Shown one piece after another: positions 36,900 to 51,206 of a DNA stretch of 64,000 nt. Numbering within the stretch: position 1 is the first letter of the stretch; each line of letters opens with the position of its first letter. The notes below the pieces were generated by a model. It had not been told where the DNA came from, made no database searches, and was given only the letters and a program-made list of their open reading frames with translations. This stretch comes from Rhina ancylostomus. Lineage: Eukaryota. The translations under genes and the position numbers were made by a program. The stretch lies in NCBI GenBank assembly GCA_030265395.1, contig JARFYF010000118.1:24765277-24829276 (forward strand). Direction: 5' to 3'.

Positions 36900-37850
36900 T
36901 TCCTTTTCACTCATTCCTGCAATACAGGCCTTGCTGGCAAGCCCAGCATCTACTGCCCATCTCCAATTGTCCTCAAGAGGGTTATAGTGAGCCACCTTCT
37001 TGAATATCATAGTCTGTGTGCAGAGGATCATCTCAACCACCTGTCAGGTAAAGAATTCCAAGATTTAGACCAGCGGTGATGAAAGAAAAGTAATACAACT
37101 CCCAATCAGGATGGTACATGACTTGAAGGGGAACTTGCAGATGGTAGAGTCTCTATGTGCTGGCTGCCTTTGATCTTATGGAAGAGTTTGTGGCTTTGAG
37201 GTACTGTTTAGGAAGCCTTGGTAAGTTGCTGGTGTGCATTCTGTAGACAATAAACAGTACAGTCATGATACACCAGTGTTGGAGGATGTGAATGTTTAAG
37301 GCTGTACATCAGATGTGGATCCAGTGGCTCTTTTGCCCTGGACAGTGTCAAGCTCCTTAAGTGCTGTTGCAGTCATGTGGAGAGTATTCCATCACACTCC
37401 TAACTTATTTCATGTAGATGGTTGGAAGACTTTGTGGGGCCAGAATGTCAGTTATTTTTTGCAATGTACCGAGCCCTGACCTGTTTTTAGAGGCATCATA
37501 CTTACATGGTTGCTTATGTTAAGTTTCCTGTCAATGGTTACATGCAGGATGCTGATGGTTGGGGGCTTTATGATAGTGATGCTACTGAATTTCAACAGGT
37601 TGTTAGGCTTTCTCTGGTGGGAGTCGGTCATTTCCTGATGCTTATGTGGCATGGATATTACTTGCCATTGATCAAACCATACCTGCATATTATAAAAGGT
37701 CTTTCTCCAGGTGAACAGAAGCACTCTGAATGGAACTGAACACCCTGATGATCAATGAGTACCCTCACTGCTGAACTTATGATAAAGTGAAGGCAGCAAC
37801 AAAGGCAGATGGTTGGGCTTTGGACAATGCCCTGAGGAAGTTGTACAATT
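36900..37850 (-). mobile_element. L2/CR1-group LINE fragment, same family as 30430-31170
   Basis: ggcaagcccagcatctactgccc 3' end and agagtattccatcacactcctaactt (reverse strand VRSVMEYS). Confidence 0.7.
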
Positions 37851-38464
37851 ATATCCCAGAGCTGAGTTCTTTGCCATCAAACACTCACATCGTCTTTCTG
37901 TATCACAGATCTTGGTTCTGCCTTATTGACCTTGGCTCTGTATCAAGGCCAGCACTTAGACAATGTTATAAAATCAACAAACTGCTTCCCTGGCTAGACT
38001 CTACTTTGTATTCTGCAAAACTGCAGATTTTAAATCAAATATCAATCATTGTCCATGAGGTGAACATGTCACAAATCAGAAAGAACATCCATTGAAGCTT
38101 CTGCCATTTGTAAGGAATTACAGGAATGCAAGTTATTTTTCTTGGAGAGGAATCTAAATGAAGTTTTCCTGAATGCCAGCTGTTTAGGGAGTTGGAGGGT
38201 CCAGTAGTTGCAAGAGGGCAGGTTCAGAGCATGAAACAATTATTTAGGTTCTAAACAGTTCCAACACAGTCACCACCTTCATTCCCACAATGCCATTTTG
38301 CTGGAAATTCCTCAGTGCTCTAGCAGCAGGTGGAAGCCCAATCTATCTCTCTCCCATTTTAAACTACTGAGTTGTGACAATACTAGCACCAAATGTGATG
38401 CAGACAGTTCCCAACAGAGACAGACCAATTACCACTGGATCAAAAGATTGTGCTTCAAGAACAC

Positions 38465-39070
38465 AAATTGTAAGCTGACACTGCAATGCAGTGGGGAATG
38501 CTGCACTTTCAGAGGCTCTGTACTGACAAGACATTAAACTAAAGCACTGCCTACCTCTGTAGTGGACCTAAAATGTTGCATGGTATTATCTGAAGGACAG
38601 CAGTGGACGTCTCCCAGTGTGCTGTTCATCCATCAATCAAAAATCACTCATTAAACCAATCTAGATTAAAAGTATTATTGTGATTATGAAACTCCTAGAT
38701 TGCATTTAAATAAATCATCTGGTTCACTAATATCCTTTAGGAAAGGAAATCTGCCTAAAGGATATTACTCAGTCAGGCCTGCATGGAGTTCCAGACTCAT
38801 TACAATGTGAATGACTTTTAATTGCCTCTGTAATGGCTTAGCAAGCCATTCAATTCAGGGGCATTAGGAGTGGGTAATAAATGCTGCCTTCGTCCTGTGA
38901 ATGGACTTAAAACCAAATAAATTATTTCAGTGTTTTAACATCCTTGCTGCTTGTGGTAGCTTACTGTGCTTAATTTGGCTGTCATATTTCTTATATTACC
39001 ACTATGGCTGTATTTAGAAGTACTTTATTCTTTGTGGGACTTCCTACGGTTGTTAAAGGTATTTTCTTTA
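38465..39070 (+). mobile_element. DeuSINE (SacSINE1/AmnSINE1-related), interrupted by another SINE at about 38705-38900
   Basis: gctgacactgcaatgcagt.gggaatgctgcact.tcagagg...agacattaaac...gtggac.taaaa...catggtattat.tgaag resembles the Deu domain as I recall it. Confidence 0.65.
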
Positions 39071-42000
39071 TTTGATTCGGGATACATGCAGGTGCCGTAG
39101 GCATCAGTGGATTGTTAATGCCTGATGTCCTATGCCTACAGCAGTGGGCAATATGCCAGGTAAAGATTAGGCATAGAATATGACTAACAGTGACATACGG
39201 AGAATGGCAATGGTTTACTCATGTTCGTTCAATAAGGCTTAAACATGCATCCTTGTATGCTGCCACTGACAAACTGGTGGGCAGGCACATGGACACCCTT
39301 TAGAAACTTTTTCTGGGTTCATTCTTATGTGTGAGCCTAAACACTATAAGAACGATGGCATGTTTGACCATATGGTTGAGACTAAGGTCCAAGTATGAGT
39401 AACTAGTACATGAGAGTCATCGTGAATGGGATCTCAGAATGATATTCCTTTCTCTATCTTGGCAATTATAATGTATATTGAAATCTTGTCAACTATTATG
39501 TACTGATGTAACAAGAGCATCATCTGTTCGGTGTTTTTACTATAGGGAGTCATCTAGAAGAATTTCACAGAAGTGTAAAAAAAATTGCCATTGAAGCAAA
39601 TGAGGAGATAGCAGCATAGGTGACCAAATCTGGATCAAAGTAGTAAGGAAATGAAGGAATTCAGGGAGGGAATTCCTGAACTTTGGCCCTAGAAATCTAA
39701 AGGCACAGTATAAATAGAGAGACATTGGGCATGCACAAGAGTCCAGAGTTGGAGAAATGTATTCTTGGAGAATTGCAAGATACGAGAAGGTTTCAGAAGT
39801 AGGAAGGAAGGATGAGTTTGAGTGATTTCATCCGGAGGATGGGAGTTTTAAAAATGAGGCATTAGTAAACTGAGATCCAGTGTAGTAATGATCATTGTTA
39901 ACACATTATATTTATTCATTCATTTTCTCGGTTATTTCTTATTCCTCTAGCACACTAGTCGCTTATTTCCACTAATCTAGATTTAGATTTGTTTCAATTA
40001 TAGTTGCTATGAAATTTTGTTTCTACCATGAAAAATGGTAAACTGAAGCTATTAAGCATTCATAGTTTCTTTATTAATTGTCCCTATGGCTCCATGAGTA
40101 GAAGCTACAGTATACATAATAGCCAGTTCCAGGGTCATTCTTATCTGGAGTGCTAGGATTTGCTTCAAACATGCCAGGATGAGACATACAAGTCAATTAT
40201 TCAGTTGCTGCAGACAGTCATGTTTGGTTCTACTGTCTGCTTGGTCAAATAGCCTGCCTTTACTCACATATGACAAGGGGCAATACAAGAAAGGGACTCG
40301 AGGAACACTGCCACTGGTGGTATTAGTTCTTTAGAAAAGGAGCGAGGTATGTGTAGAGAGAAAGAACTTCAAGTTTGGATGCTGAATAAAGAAGTCATAG
40401 AGATAAGTTCTATTTAAAACTTAATCAGCAAGTGGCGAGTCACATTTTAATTCTTGTGCCAGTATTGTAAAAGCATCTGCTTTCAAACATTTCTACCCTT
40501 CCCCAGCTACCCCCACCCCCATCAGCCCTTTCATCATTCCTCTCTATTCAGAGCCAGTTAAACTACATCAGACAGTTCTTTTGGTAACACTATAGAACTC
40601 CAGCATCCACACACTCTCCTTTTGCTGAAAACTTCCTCTCCATTCCCAATACCGAAATTTCAAAATAACATTCCGTATATCGCACCGTTAAGTTACTCTA
40701 TAAAGTTCCCCAGCCCTTTAAACCAGTCTGCTCTTCCAAGTTCATTCCATTATATACTTCCCTACTCACCCACTATCCAGACTTAAACAGTTACTCTGAA
40801 ATCTCTTCCTAAAACTGTTTCCTTTGTGATCTCTCTTCCCGCTTTTCTATCTTCTCTGGAATATACCTTTGACGTGTCCCTTAATGCTTCTTTAAGTTTT
40901 TGCTCAGTATGAGATTTTTTGCTTTCTTGTTGATTTTAGCCTATTGTCAGCAGAATTTGTAGTTATTTGTAGCACCAATCACGTTAAAAAGTCCTAAAGC
41001 TAAATTACGTATTAATTAGTTAAGTAGGCAAAAACACTATATAAACTTCAGTTCATGGTGTCTATGCCATTTGTAATGTTCTCTTAGAAATGAGCTAGAA
41101 AAGACTCCAGAGCTTTATACATATGGTTTGTATTCATCAGGAATTTTAGCACACACCGTATAGCTGTCAATTACAACAACATTTCCAGGTCAGAGGAAAC
41201 AGTCTTCAAGCTTCCTGAACTTAACTATTCAGTTATGACAATATTTGTACAATTATTTCTTAAATGATAGATATAGTTGACTACTGTCTAACGGAGTCTT
41301 TGGCACTGCAGTTATTATTTAACCCAGATTGAGCCTTCATCTATAGCATACAGCAGCAACATACAAATAAAAATATTAATTTCTTTTATAATAGTTCCTC
41401 ACCTACTGTGAGAAGGCCGGCATATAGCTGAAATGGCTAGCAACAATCATGCCCTGAGTTTCTGCCTTTGTGACAACAGAGTATCATATCTTCCCCAAAC
41501 TTTACGGAACAATATTCTGTACTAATATTGCCAACCTTTCCACGAGTAATTCTGTTGTTAAATGCAATTATAAATTATCTTTATACAAAAGAGTTTTTTT
41601 TGTTTTAAACGCATCGTTTCATATCTAAAAGGAAAGATCTTTAGAGAAAAGCAGGAGAGAGATTTACAACCCCCTTCCAAATCTCATACCTCCATTGAAG
41701 CTTAAATCAGATATGCATCTCATTTCTAAGTGAGCTTCAGGCAACTTTCAAAAACTTTATATGGAAACAGTTGAATTCCTAAATTGAAAGCTGTTGCCTG
41801 TGCTCTGTTACTACTGATGTGTTTCATATAGAGTGTCCAGAAACTGTTTTATGCTTGGGCAGACTGATTATGGTCTGCAGAATAGCAAGAATCTACTGAA
41901 TCTTCGGTCAGCTGGTGGATACTAGTCTCAGGTCGAGAGCTAAAGTAACATGAGCCCCTATTCTTTGCTATGCAATTTAATTAATGGTCCATGGCAATAT

Positions 42001-42207
42001 TACAAATAGGGCAAATTATTTACATTAATGAATTAGAAAGTTGTCTGATGATTAATGATTAGCAAATATTCACTGATTCATACATCATAAATTTAAAGTC
42101 CTTGTAGCGCATCGATTACATCCCTTATGTTCTGCTTTTCTATAAAATCCCACTTCAATAAGACTTTAACAAATCCCTTAAAATTCACAAGTAGTAATAG
42201 AGCTTAC

Positions 42208-42385
42208 CAAAATCCTTAACTTCACTTTTCAGTCTTCTTTGACTTTTTAAAAACACAGAATTCCAGTTGAAAGGTTTGAGTTCTGAGTAGTTCTAATGTT
42301 AGGTGGAAGGAGACCTGCTCCCAGCTGTGTCTGTCTTTTTTTCAGGCTCAGGGAAAATGCCGACAGCTGATTCTATCAGTGTGCT
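42208..42385 (-). other. XIRP1: Candidate non-coding first exon of the short (Xin-exon-only) XIRP1 transcript
   Basis: Starts about 25-30 nt below a TATA-like TATAAATAG, has no ATG, and ends at the donor TTTG|gtaagc. The TSS is inferred. Confidence 0.55.
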
Positions 42386-42396
42386 ATGTTTGGGAG

Positions 42397-42530
42397 GATA
42401 AGCTAGCTCTATTTATAGGGATTTGGAAGCCTGGCTGCTCCATCAGGCTGAGTCAATCACTGCTTCCAGAAGTCATTGGAAGACTCATGCTGTTGACATC
42501 CCTGCGAGCCAAGCATGCTGATGGCACCTG
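42397..42530 (-). promoter_or_regulatory. Muscle-type core promoter: overlapping MEF2/TATA site, GATA, AP-1, E-boxes
   Basis: Perfect MEF2 site CTATTTATAG (42409-42418), GATAAG (42397-42402), TGAGTCA (42449-42455) and nearby CAGCTG/CACCTG, all in repeat-free sequence. Confidence 0.6.
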
Positions 42531-45299
42531 CTCACTGGGCTGAGCTCATGGTCACAATAAGGGCATGAGTTCTCGGCCAACCTGATGGCAGGAATCCAGC
42601 CCACTTCCGGCTCCTCTTTAAGATGTTAAGAAATGGCTTGACAAGCAAATGACAATGACATTACAGTCACTCAGATTTCTTGGAGATATGATTGCTTCCC
42701 AATGATGGGAATCCTGTGCACCAACAAATAATCATCTTATCACCAGATGCCAAATCAGAAAAACAGAGACGAAATCCAAGAAAACTGATGACAAATTTTT
42801 CTGGCACGTGCATGTCACAATACAAGAACCTACAATTCTCCCTCTCAACTGTCTATCATTTTATATAAAAACTATCTGAACCTTTTGATTAACTTCTGGT
42901 CTGTAACTCACTTTCAGGTATCCATTTTCCTTTCTGAGAAAATATTGAGCCACTCAATTAGATTTTAAAGTTATAGCATTTATATCTTTGGTCTTTGGCA
43001 TTAAGCAGGTACTGGTATATGGCAGTACTCTCTCTTCAATAACATAATCAATAGCTCCAAATGTCAGGCAGGTTGTACAATAGGGTCAGATAGTCCATCA
43101 TTTGTTCATATCAGAGACCAGAGAAAAATTCATTCTACGGGTTCATTATTTAAAATTTTTGTATTCCTTTATGAATATTTAGTGCTTTCTTTGCATGGAC
43201 CCTGAAACCTTTGGCCTGGACTCAGCACAACCCATGATCAACATGTATCCTTACAGGAGAACTGGAGGTAGGGTTGGTGGTGGTGGGAGAGGATGGGGAG
43301 CAGCTGGGGATGGAGAAATTATTATGCCTGTCATGGACATGCAGTAACCCTGATTGCAACAAATCTATTGAGCCTAGTGTTCCATGCGTCAATCCTAATT
43401 AGATTTTTAACATATCCTGATATACAAAACTCATCATCGCTTGTGTAGTCCTACTCTGTTGACTTGAGTATCCATCCAGGTTCTTTTCTTTCTCTTCACT
43501 TGCAAAGATTCTTTCTCCCCAATAATGAAGTGCTAGTATTTTCCTAAGGTACAACTCTAACCGTTGAAGCCAAACATCTATCATTAGCAGGTCATATATG
43601 AAAATGATTTCTGAGGTGTTACTTGGCTGATAGGGCATCACAATTTATGGTATCCAAGTGGCAGAATGCTCCTTAATATTTTTCCTTAATCTAATTGGGT
43701 GATTTTCAGAAATAGGATTGCATGCAAGTACCACCTTTTGGATGAATCATTAAATCAAAACTCTGTATCTGCTAAGACATGTAAAAGAACTAATGATACT
43801 GTTTCAAAAAGACAGCTTTACCATTATTTGCTCAAAGTATATTTCTCAACCAATATCACTATCAATACACAGATTTATTTATTTATCCATCCATCCCTTT
43901 GCTATGTATATGAATTTGCCCAATGGCTTGGCTATACAGGTCTGCCTAATCCAATTCATTGGCTCCAGAACTTGGTGACCATATGAGGAGCTTTATAGAA
44001 ATACATATTATTTTTGTTCAAGGACAATGGCCCAGGTCATTGGGCTGCATGGTATGAATTTAAAACAAAATCAGCTAGGATTCTGATTTTGATCATCTGT
44101 CAGTGATTTCTGAAGCACTGGAATTTACTGGACTCAACTGTCACTTTCTCGCAATTTGCTGATATATACAATAATAATAACAACTCAGAAAAGGCTTTAG
44201 ACAGTGAGTAGCAATGACACAACTAAGTGTCAACTTAACTGAATGGCTTTATGGGCCACACACAACCACATTGTTGTACTAACATTTTTGTGTCTACATC
44301 AAAAAGTAGGATAACTGATGAGGAAAAAATATCAAGATATCAGACTGTGTGGTCAAAGAGATAATTCAGGCACATTTCATCATGATCTCAATTTCAAACA
44401 TCAGGCACTTAATGAAAGGCTTGGCCCAAAATAGCTTCACACTCACTGGTCAATTGATGCTACAAGAAATTCAACTAAATAGCTGTGTCATTGCTGACAG
44501 AACAAATTCACTTCAGGCAGATCATAACCATTTAAAAATGTTGCAAATTGAAATGATAGAAAAAAATTCTGCTGGACTTCTCCACTTATTGTACAGTTTT
44601 TTCCAGTTTGGAGACATCTGAAACAACTTGTATCTGTATCACAGCTTTAGCATCATAAAACATCGTCAAACAAGATTTAAGGGAAAGAATAAGCAGCTGA
44701 GGTAGGTTTTAAGGAACAACCTTACAGAGTAAAGTGGTAGTGAAGTAAAAGTGTTTAGGAAGGAAATTCCAGAATTGTGCATGGCAATCCAGGTCCTGGT
44801 GGTGCTCCACAATACTACAACAGCAGCAGCAACTATGTTATTACAGTTAGTGTCCCTAACCTAGAAAGATATTGTAAACTGCTTCACAGAAAGGCATGTC
44901 TACAGAATGAAGAGGTATCAGAGAAGTAATTGAAAACATGGTCAAAAGTGCAAGTTTTAAAGTGTGTCCTGAAGGAGGAGAAGATTTTCGGGAAGTAATT
45001 CCAGACCATAGGTCNNNNNNNNNNATTCGGCCCAACCAGGCTCCTCCAACCAAACGACGAAAAATAAAATGAAATGTGAAATTGGGGGGGGGGCACGCAG
45101 GGGGTGTGAAAGAAGTTAGAGAACATCTTTAGTGAGATTAAAAATGCATCCACACAAACACCAACGTGACCCAGATCATGGTAGCATATTACTGAGAAAA
45201 CACAGGTTTATATCATCAGTGGGGCTAGAATGAGTCAACTCTGACATGGTTAGGCTGCTTAAAGGAGCAACTGGTATGAATGGACAAGATTTCAATTTA

Positions 45300-45600
45300 T
45301 AACACACACAGAACACTTAATCTAATGTTATAACAACACCAAGGGAGCAATAAAATATGTGATAATGTAATAAATAGACAGTTACATAAAGCAATAAAAT
45401 ACAGCCATAGTGATGGCTGTTGAGGGACAAGTGTTGATCATACTACTGAGAGAACATTGTCTTCTTTCTCAAATAGCTTAAAGAATTGTTGGTGTCCGTG
45501 TTATATATATTTCATCTGAAAGGTGGCACCTGCAACAATGCTGCATTCTCTTGGTCTCACACTGACATATCAGCCTAGGCTGTGGACTAGTGTCCTGAAA
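45300..45600 (-). mobile_element. DeuSINE copy
   Basis: gttgagggacaagtgttg...ttcatctgaaaggtggcacct.caacaatgctgcattctc...cactga...tcagcctag is the reverse complement of the Deu domain. Confidence 0.6.
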
Positions 45601-48600
45601 AAAACAACTTTGGAACTTAATGGTAGGACACAATTTATGCGTGCTAAACAGCATGAAAAAGGAAATTTTCCCTAGTAAAGACACCAGCATCAGAAAATTG
45701 TGTGCAGCACATCCCCTGCTCTTGGTATTGATAGCTTGTGGGCAATATTCCACAATCCAGGCAAACTTAAAAAATTGGCCCTGCAGCAATGGACAAGTAT
45801 TGCAAGACTTGGCAGCCCCTTGAAGAACGAGGGTAACAAGTGCCTGAGAATATCATCAGCTCCCAGTCAAAAACCATCCAAACTTTGACCTAAAGTGCAT
45901 ATTATCACTGGATCAAAATCTTTGAATTCCTGACGGAACAGCATTATGGGAATATCTTCAGGACATAAAACATAACTTTCAGTTGCATTTCAACAATAGT
46001 AATCTCCTGTGACCACCACTTTCTCAAGAGTAATAAGATAGAGCATTACATGCTAGCCTTGTCCCATCACCGGATAGGAACTTTACAATATTACATACTT
46101 GTAACTGTAAATATTTCATACATCATAAAGTCATGGAGTCATATGTAGTGAAGATTATAAAATACTTTTTTTATAAAGTATGCAAACACTATAAAAAAGG
46201 CACCCTTTGTCCTGCAATATAACATAATGGCTGAAACCTGGTATATTCTCATGGGACAGCTGGCCAGTCAACCAGTAATGAGAAATAGCTTTCTATAATA
46301 CTAACTGACATCTCATCAACATTCTACATCAGAGTAGGCAGTGGAGTAGGTTGCATTACAGTTGAAAAAAACTTGGATGCAGACACCAAGAGCTATCAGA
46401 TTTTATAGCTCAACATTTATCTCTTCAGTCATAGATTACTCAGTTCATTTAGAACTGTGAGCTAATGTTTCATCTCACAACCACTGAGTACAATGCTGCT
46501 AAAAAAGGCAGGGGTTTCCTCTAGCAAGCTCTCAAATTTAGCAAGGTAAGGAGATGTTGAAAGGAAAAGTGTTCTGCGCTAATTTCCTCCAACACAACAG
46601 GACCAATGCTTAATAGCATGTCAACGGCTTCAAAGTGCTTTCAGAAGATCTGAAGCAGGGAAAGGCACTATAAAAAACTGATTTCATTGGGAGAAAGATC
46701 AGCTTTGATATTTTTGCCCTTAAGATCGATTTCTTCCTATTGCAGAAGGGAATTCAGGCTATCAAGTCCATGCTGGCTCCCAGCAGAGCAATCCCACTAG
46801 TTTCATTCCTCCTCTCTTTATTTTCCTTGCAGCTCTACAACTTATTCCCTCACACATGCCCTTTGATTATTTGACTCCCTATGACAGATACAAGGCAGCA
46901 GAGGAGACCAATAAGGAAATGATCAGCAAGGAACTTCAAATTCAATTAGACACAGTGGCAAATGGAAAAAAGTAAGATGGGTAAGAAGTTTCAAACTCTT
47001 AGGCTCCTTTTGAAGAAAGTATTTGAGATGGTGATGTAAAGATGAGCCTTTAGGGCAGCCATGGAATCATACATCATAGAAACAGGCCTTTCAGCCCATT
47101 ACATCCATGCTGACCATCAAGAACCCATCTAAGTATACAAGTAAGTGAATAAGTAAATAGTGTAGTATGTAAACAAAGTGATAGTAGAAACTACTTATCA
47201 TTCTGGTCATTCTCTGAACAGTCATCATGCCAGAACTCACTAAATTCAGATTTTTAGCATTTCACCAAACTTAAGACTCCAAACCCCTATTAGTGGGTCA
47301 GATACTTGATATCGTTGGTCCCCACTGTTTTGCCAACCCACTTCCAACTGCATGAACAGGTGCACATGGTGTGTAACCCAATGAAAAACAATCATTTTCA
47401 GGATCTGTCCATCAGTCCAGTTTTCAGAAAGTTAGCATTCAATAAAGTAAATCAAAATGCCCAAAGGTTTAAGGAGGCAGATTAAAAATGTTTGACAATA
47501 GAGAGCAGGTAATTACTGAGGTTAAATGGAACTAGTCACTGCTGGGTAAAATATGGCAGGTCATCTTTATGACATCATCAGCTATCAGGTGAGGCAGATA
47601 TGAACTTAAAGCTCCAAGACCGATTATCCTTGTAAAACTAGTTTTCAAATAAAAATAACTTGGTGTTCGAAAGTAAAAAAATCTTAGCATAGAAATAAAT
47701 GTTAGCAAAATAAGTGTACAATATTCTTCTACCTACTAACAAGCATCACTGAGTTCATTTTAAAATGAGTTAAAGCTTCTGTTAAAATTTCTAGGCTCCT
47801 ACAATCCATAATTTAACATGATGTCAAGAACCCCAGAAGAATTGGTTTCCCAAATCTATTTGTGCCCTGAAACTTAAGACTAGATCTCTAACTGGAAATG
47901 TTTACGGCATTATTTATCTTTCTGATGTGTATCATAAAATTGGATCACTCATAGGACTAGATATTAAGTGGATATTAAGTGCAGAGAGAAACAAGAATTA
48001 TTTTGAAGTCAATTAATGCAGAATAATGGGTTTCCTGTCATGCACTAGGAACAGTATCACTGGGAACATAAGAATGAAAAAGTTTGAAACAACTAGGAAG
48101 GGTAGGAGGACATTAGAGGCCAAAAGGCACTTCAGAGACCAAAAAACAAGATCGCAGACAAGAGACCAGAGACCAGAGCTGGGGGAGATCTAGTGGTGGC
48201 ATCCATTAGATCTATTGTAGCATCATAAGATGATCAGAAGGATTGGTGGATGAAGATTGGAAGGGAGTTCGATCTCAGCATTAAACTGGATTCAATAGGT
48301 AAAGTAAAAGCACTTTCCTTCTGGATCCAAATTCCTTGTTGCCCTTTACCTATTGGTCTTCATAATGCCTAGGTTAGGTTTGAAATTGTTGTTAAATATA
48401 ATTCATACAATCTTTTGTAATATTTAAATACTGGAGATGGCACAAAGTTGTGATTCAGATTTTTAAACTTTTTAAGCATTCCACCCTTCTCAAATCTGCT
48501 TGACATTCATCTGTAGGAGACCATATCTTCCCCAAATCCCACCCCTCACAATTACCAGAACAACCTTCTCCACTTCAAACATTTGGGTCCCATTGAACTT

Positions 48601-49534
48601 GGCTTATGTACTTCAGAAATAGTTTATTGCCTATAAAGCACATTGGGATGATCCAAGCTTGTGAAGGTTGATATTAACAACTCTTTCACCAACTTTTCAT
48701 TCTGTTCCTCACTGGCCCCACAGACACACTGCCTTCCTTCACAATAGTTTCCAAAACACCTATGACACCCTCTTGATGTCTTCTTACTTGTTCTCTCATG
48801 TAATGCTAAGACAATACATTTATATTGCAAAATTACAGGTGAAAACATCTCCTTAGTGCTGCCCCAGCCTCATTTCTATTTGTCTCTTCATTGCACCCCC
48901 ACTCAAATAGAATTATATTTACTCCTTTAATCACTTCAGAACATTTTATGATCAATCTCCTTAGAAATGATATAGGTAAGGTGAGACTTAACTGAAATGT
49001 TCTAAATCATTCACTATTTTCATCGAGCAAAAGAAGATTCTTATAAGATTATGAGTGGGCCATTAAGCAGAGAGTCAGAGCAACAATAAAACATACTTTT
49101 TTTAAGGCAGGAAATTCTTATGATTTAGAAATCCCTGCCTGATGATGGAAGCAGATTCTACAGTATCTTTTGAAAAGGAGTTAGATGCATACAAACAGGA
49201 AAAATTAGTTAGGCAATAGGGAAAGAGAGTAATTGGTAAAATATTCAGCCTGACACAATGAGCAGGATGGCTTCTTTTGTGCTGTAATTAAGGTGATGTG
49301 TATTATGATGAACTGCTTAACGTCAGTTCTGATATAAAATTTTGATACTTTAAAGTTTAGTCCTGTGATGGATATTCACTATCCAGGGTCAGGAGGCTTT
49401 TTGCCAAACTCAGCTTTTTAAGCACAGCAGAAAAATCTAAGGTTCAAGATGTTTATTGTTAATCTTTAACTGGTACTCTTTCCTCATCCTCCAGAGAAAC
49501 AGTACTGTCCAGGATCAGAAAGCCCATCGTTGAC

Positions 49535-50055
49535 TTAGACCATAAGACACAGGAGCAGAATTGGGCCATTCGGCCCATCGAGTCTGCTCCGCCATTTGAT
49601 CATGGCTGATATATTTTTCCCTCTCAACCCCATCCTCCTGCTCTGTCCCCATAACCTTTGACATCCTTACAATTAAAGAATCTATTAACCTCCGCTTTAA
49701 ATATACCCAATGACCTGGCCTCCACAGCCATCTGTGGCAATGAATTTTACAGCTTCACCACCATCTGGCTAAAGAAATTCCTCCTCATCTCTGTTCTAAG
49801 GTGACATCCTCCTATTCTGATGCTGTGCCCCCTGGTCCTAGACTCTCCCACTACTGGAATCATCCTCTCCATGTCCACTCTATCCAGGCCTTTCAATATT
49901 CGGTAGGTTTCAATGAACTCCCTGCTGATCCTTCTAAACTCCAGAGAGCACAGGTCCAGAGCCATTAAACATTCCTCATACATTAACCCTTTCATTCCTG
50001 GGATCATTCTTGTAAACCTCCTCTGGACCCTCTCCAATGCCAGCACATCCTTCCT
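49535..50055 (-). mobile_element. Young CR1 LINE 3' end (continues into an N gap)
   Basis: ORF 50046-49747 reads LALERVQRRFTRMIPGMKGL.YEE...RTRGHS...RRNFFSQ, followed by a 3' UTR hairpin region. Confidence 0.92.
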
Positions 50056-51127
50056 NNNNNNNNNNNNNNNNNNNNNNNNNNNNNNNNNNNNNNNNNNNNN
50101 NNNNNNNNNNNNNNNNNNNNNNNNNNNNNNNNNNNNNNNNNNNNNNNNNNNNNNNNNNNNNNNNNNNNNNNNNNNNNNNNNNNNNNNNNNNNNNNNNNNN
50201 NNNNNNNNNNNNNNNNNNNNNNNNNNNNNNNNNNNNNNNNNNNNNNNNNNNNNNNNNNNNNNNNNNNNNNNNNNNNNNNNNNNNNNNNNNNNNNNNNNNN
50301 NNNNNNNNNNNNNNNNNNNNNNNNNNNNNNNNNNNNNNNNNNNNNNNNNNNNNNNNNNNNNNNNNNNNNNNNNNNNNNNNNNNNNNNNNNNNNNNNNNNN
50401 NNNNNNNNNNNNNNNNNNNNNNNNNNNNNNNNNNNNNNNNNNNNNNNNNNNNNNNNNNNNNNNNNNNNNNNNNNNNNNNNNNNNNNNNNNNNNNNNNNNN
50501 NNNNNNNNNNNNNNNNNNNNNNNNNNNNNNNNNNNNNNNNNNNNNNNNNNNNNNNNNNNNNNNNNNNNNNNNNNNNNNNNNNNNNNNNNNNNNNNNNNNN
50601 NNNNNNNNNNNNNNNNNNNNNNNNNNNNNNNNNNNNNNNNNNNNNNNNNNNNNNNNNNNNNNNNNNNNNNNNNNNNNNNNNNAATATCCCACCTTGGTAT
50701 GGTGGGGGGGGGGGGGTGAGACAGCTAAGCCCCTTCAGAAAAGAGACTAAAGTAATTAAGTAAATTAGTCTTTGTATTATAGGTTGAAATAGCATAATGT
50801 CCCTAAAGTGAGGGTACTAATATAAACTACAAGACTTAAAGTCTTTGCTTAAGTTTAAGTTTAGGACTCTAGAATGGGTACATTCTATATCATCACAGTC
50901 CTTCATCTTCCTGTCACAGTTTTGGTTGAAGCAATGTCCTGCAATAGCATTTATAATGTGTCTCTTTCTTGCCACCTCCATTCAAGATGGAAAGGCCCAT
51001 GTCTTTCCTCTCAGTCCTCTGAAAATTGGGTGATTTTCCTTATGAGTTGGCTTTGCCTCATGCCAGTGAGCTACAGTCTCTAACATACCCATGCTCTGCA
51101 TTTGATATTGCTTCAGCTGCTACATAC

Positions 51128-51206
51128 CCAGCTCTTCCTTTGGCATTGCTGGATATTGCTGTGGTTCTCCTTCTTCCGGCAGAAGCTTCTGATTCAATGT
51201 TGGTTC
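51128..51206 (-). CDS. XIRP1: XIRP1 long-isoform upstream coding exon (79 nt, phase 0 to 1)
   Basis: Acceptor tttctctgcccacgttgacag|GAA and donor CTGG|gtatgt. Encodes EPTLNQKLLPEEGEPQQYPAMPKEEL+G and exactly bridges the phases of the 55.4-kb and 31.9-kb exons. Confidence 0.65.

Noticed and set aside
49913-50795. 238-268 aa ORFs
   Set aside because: Artefacts of a long N gap.
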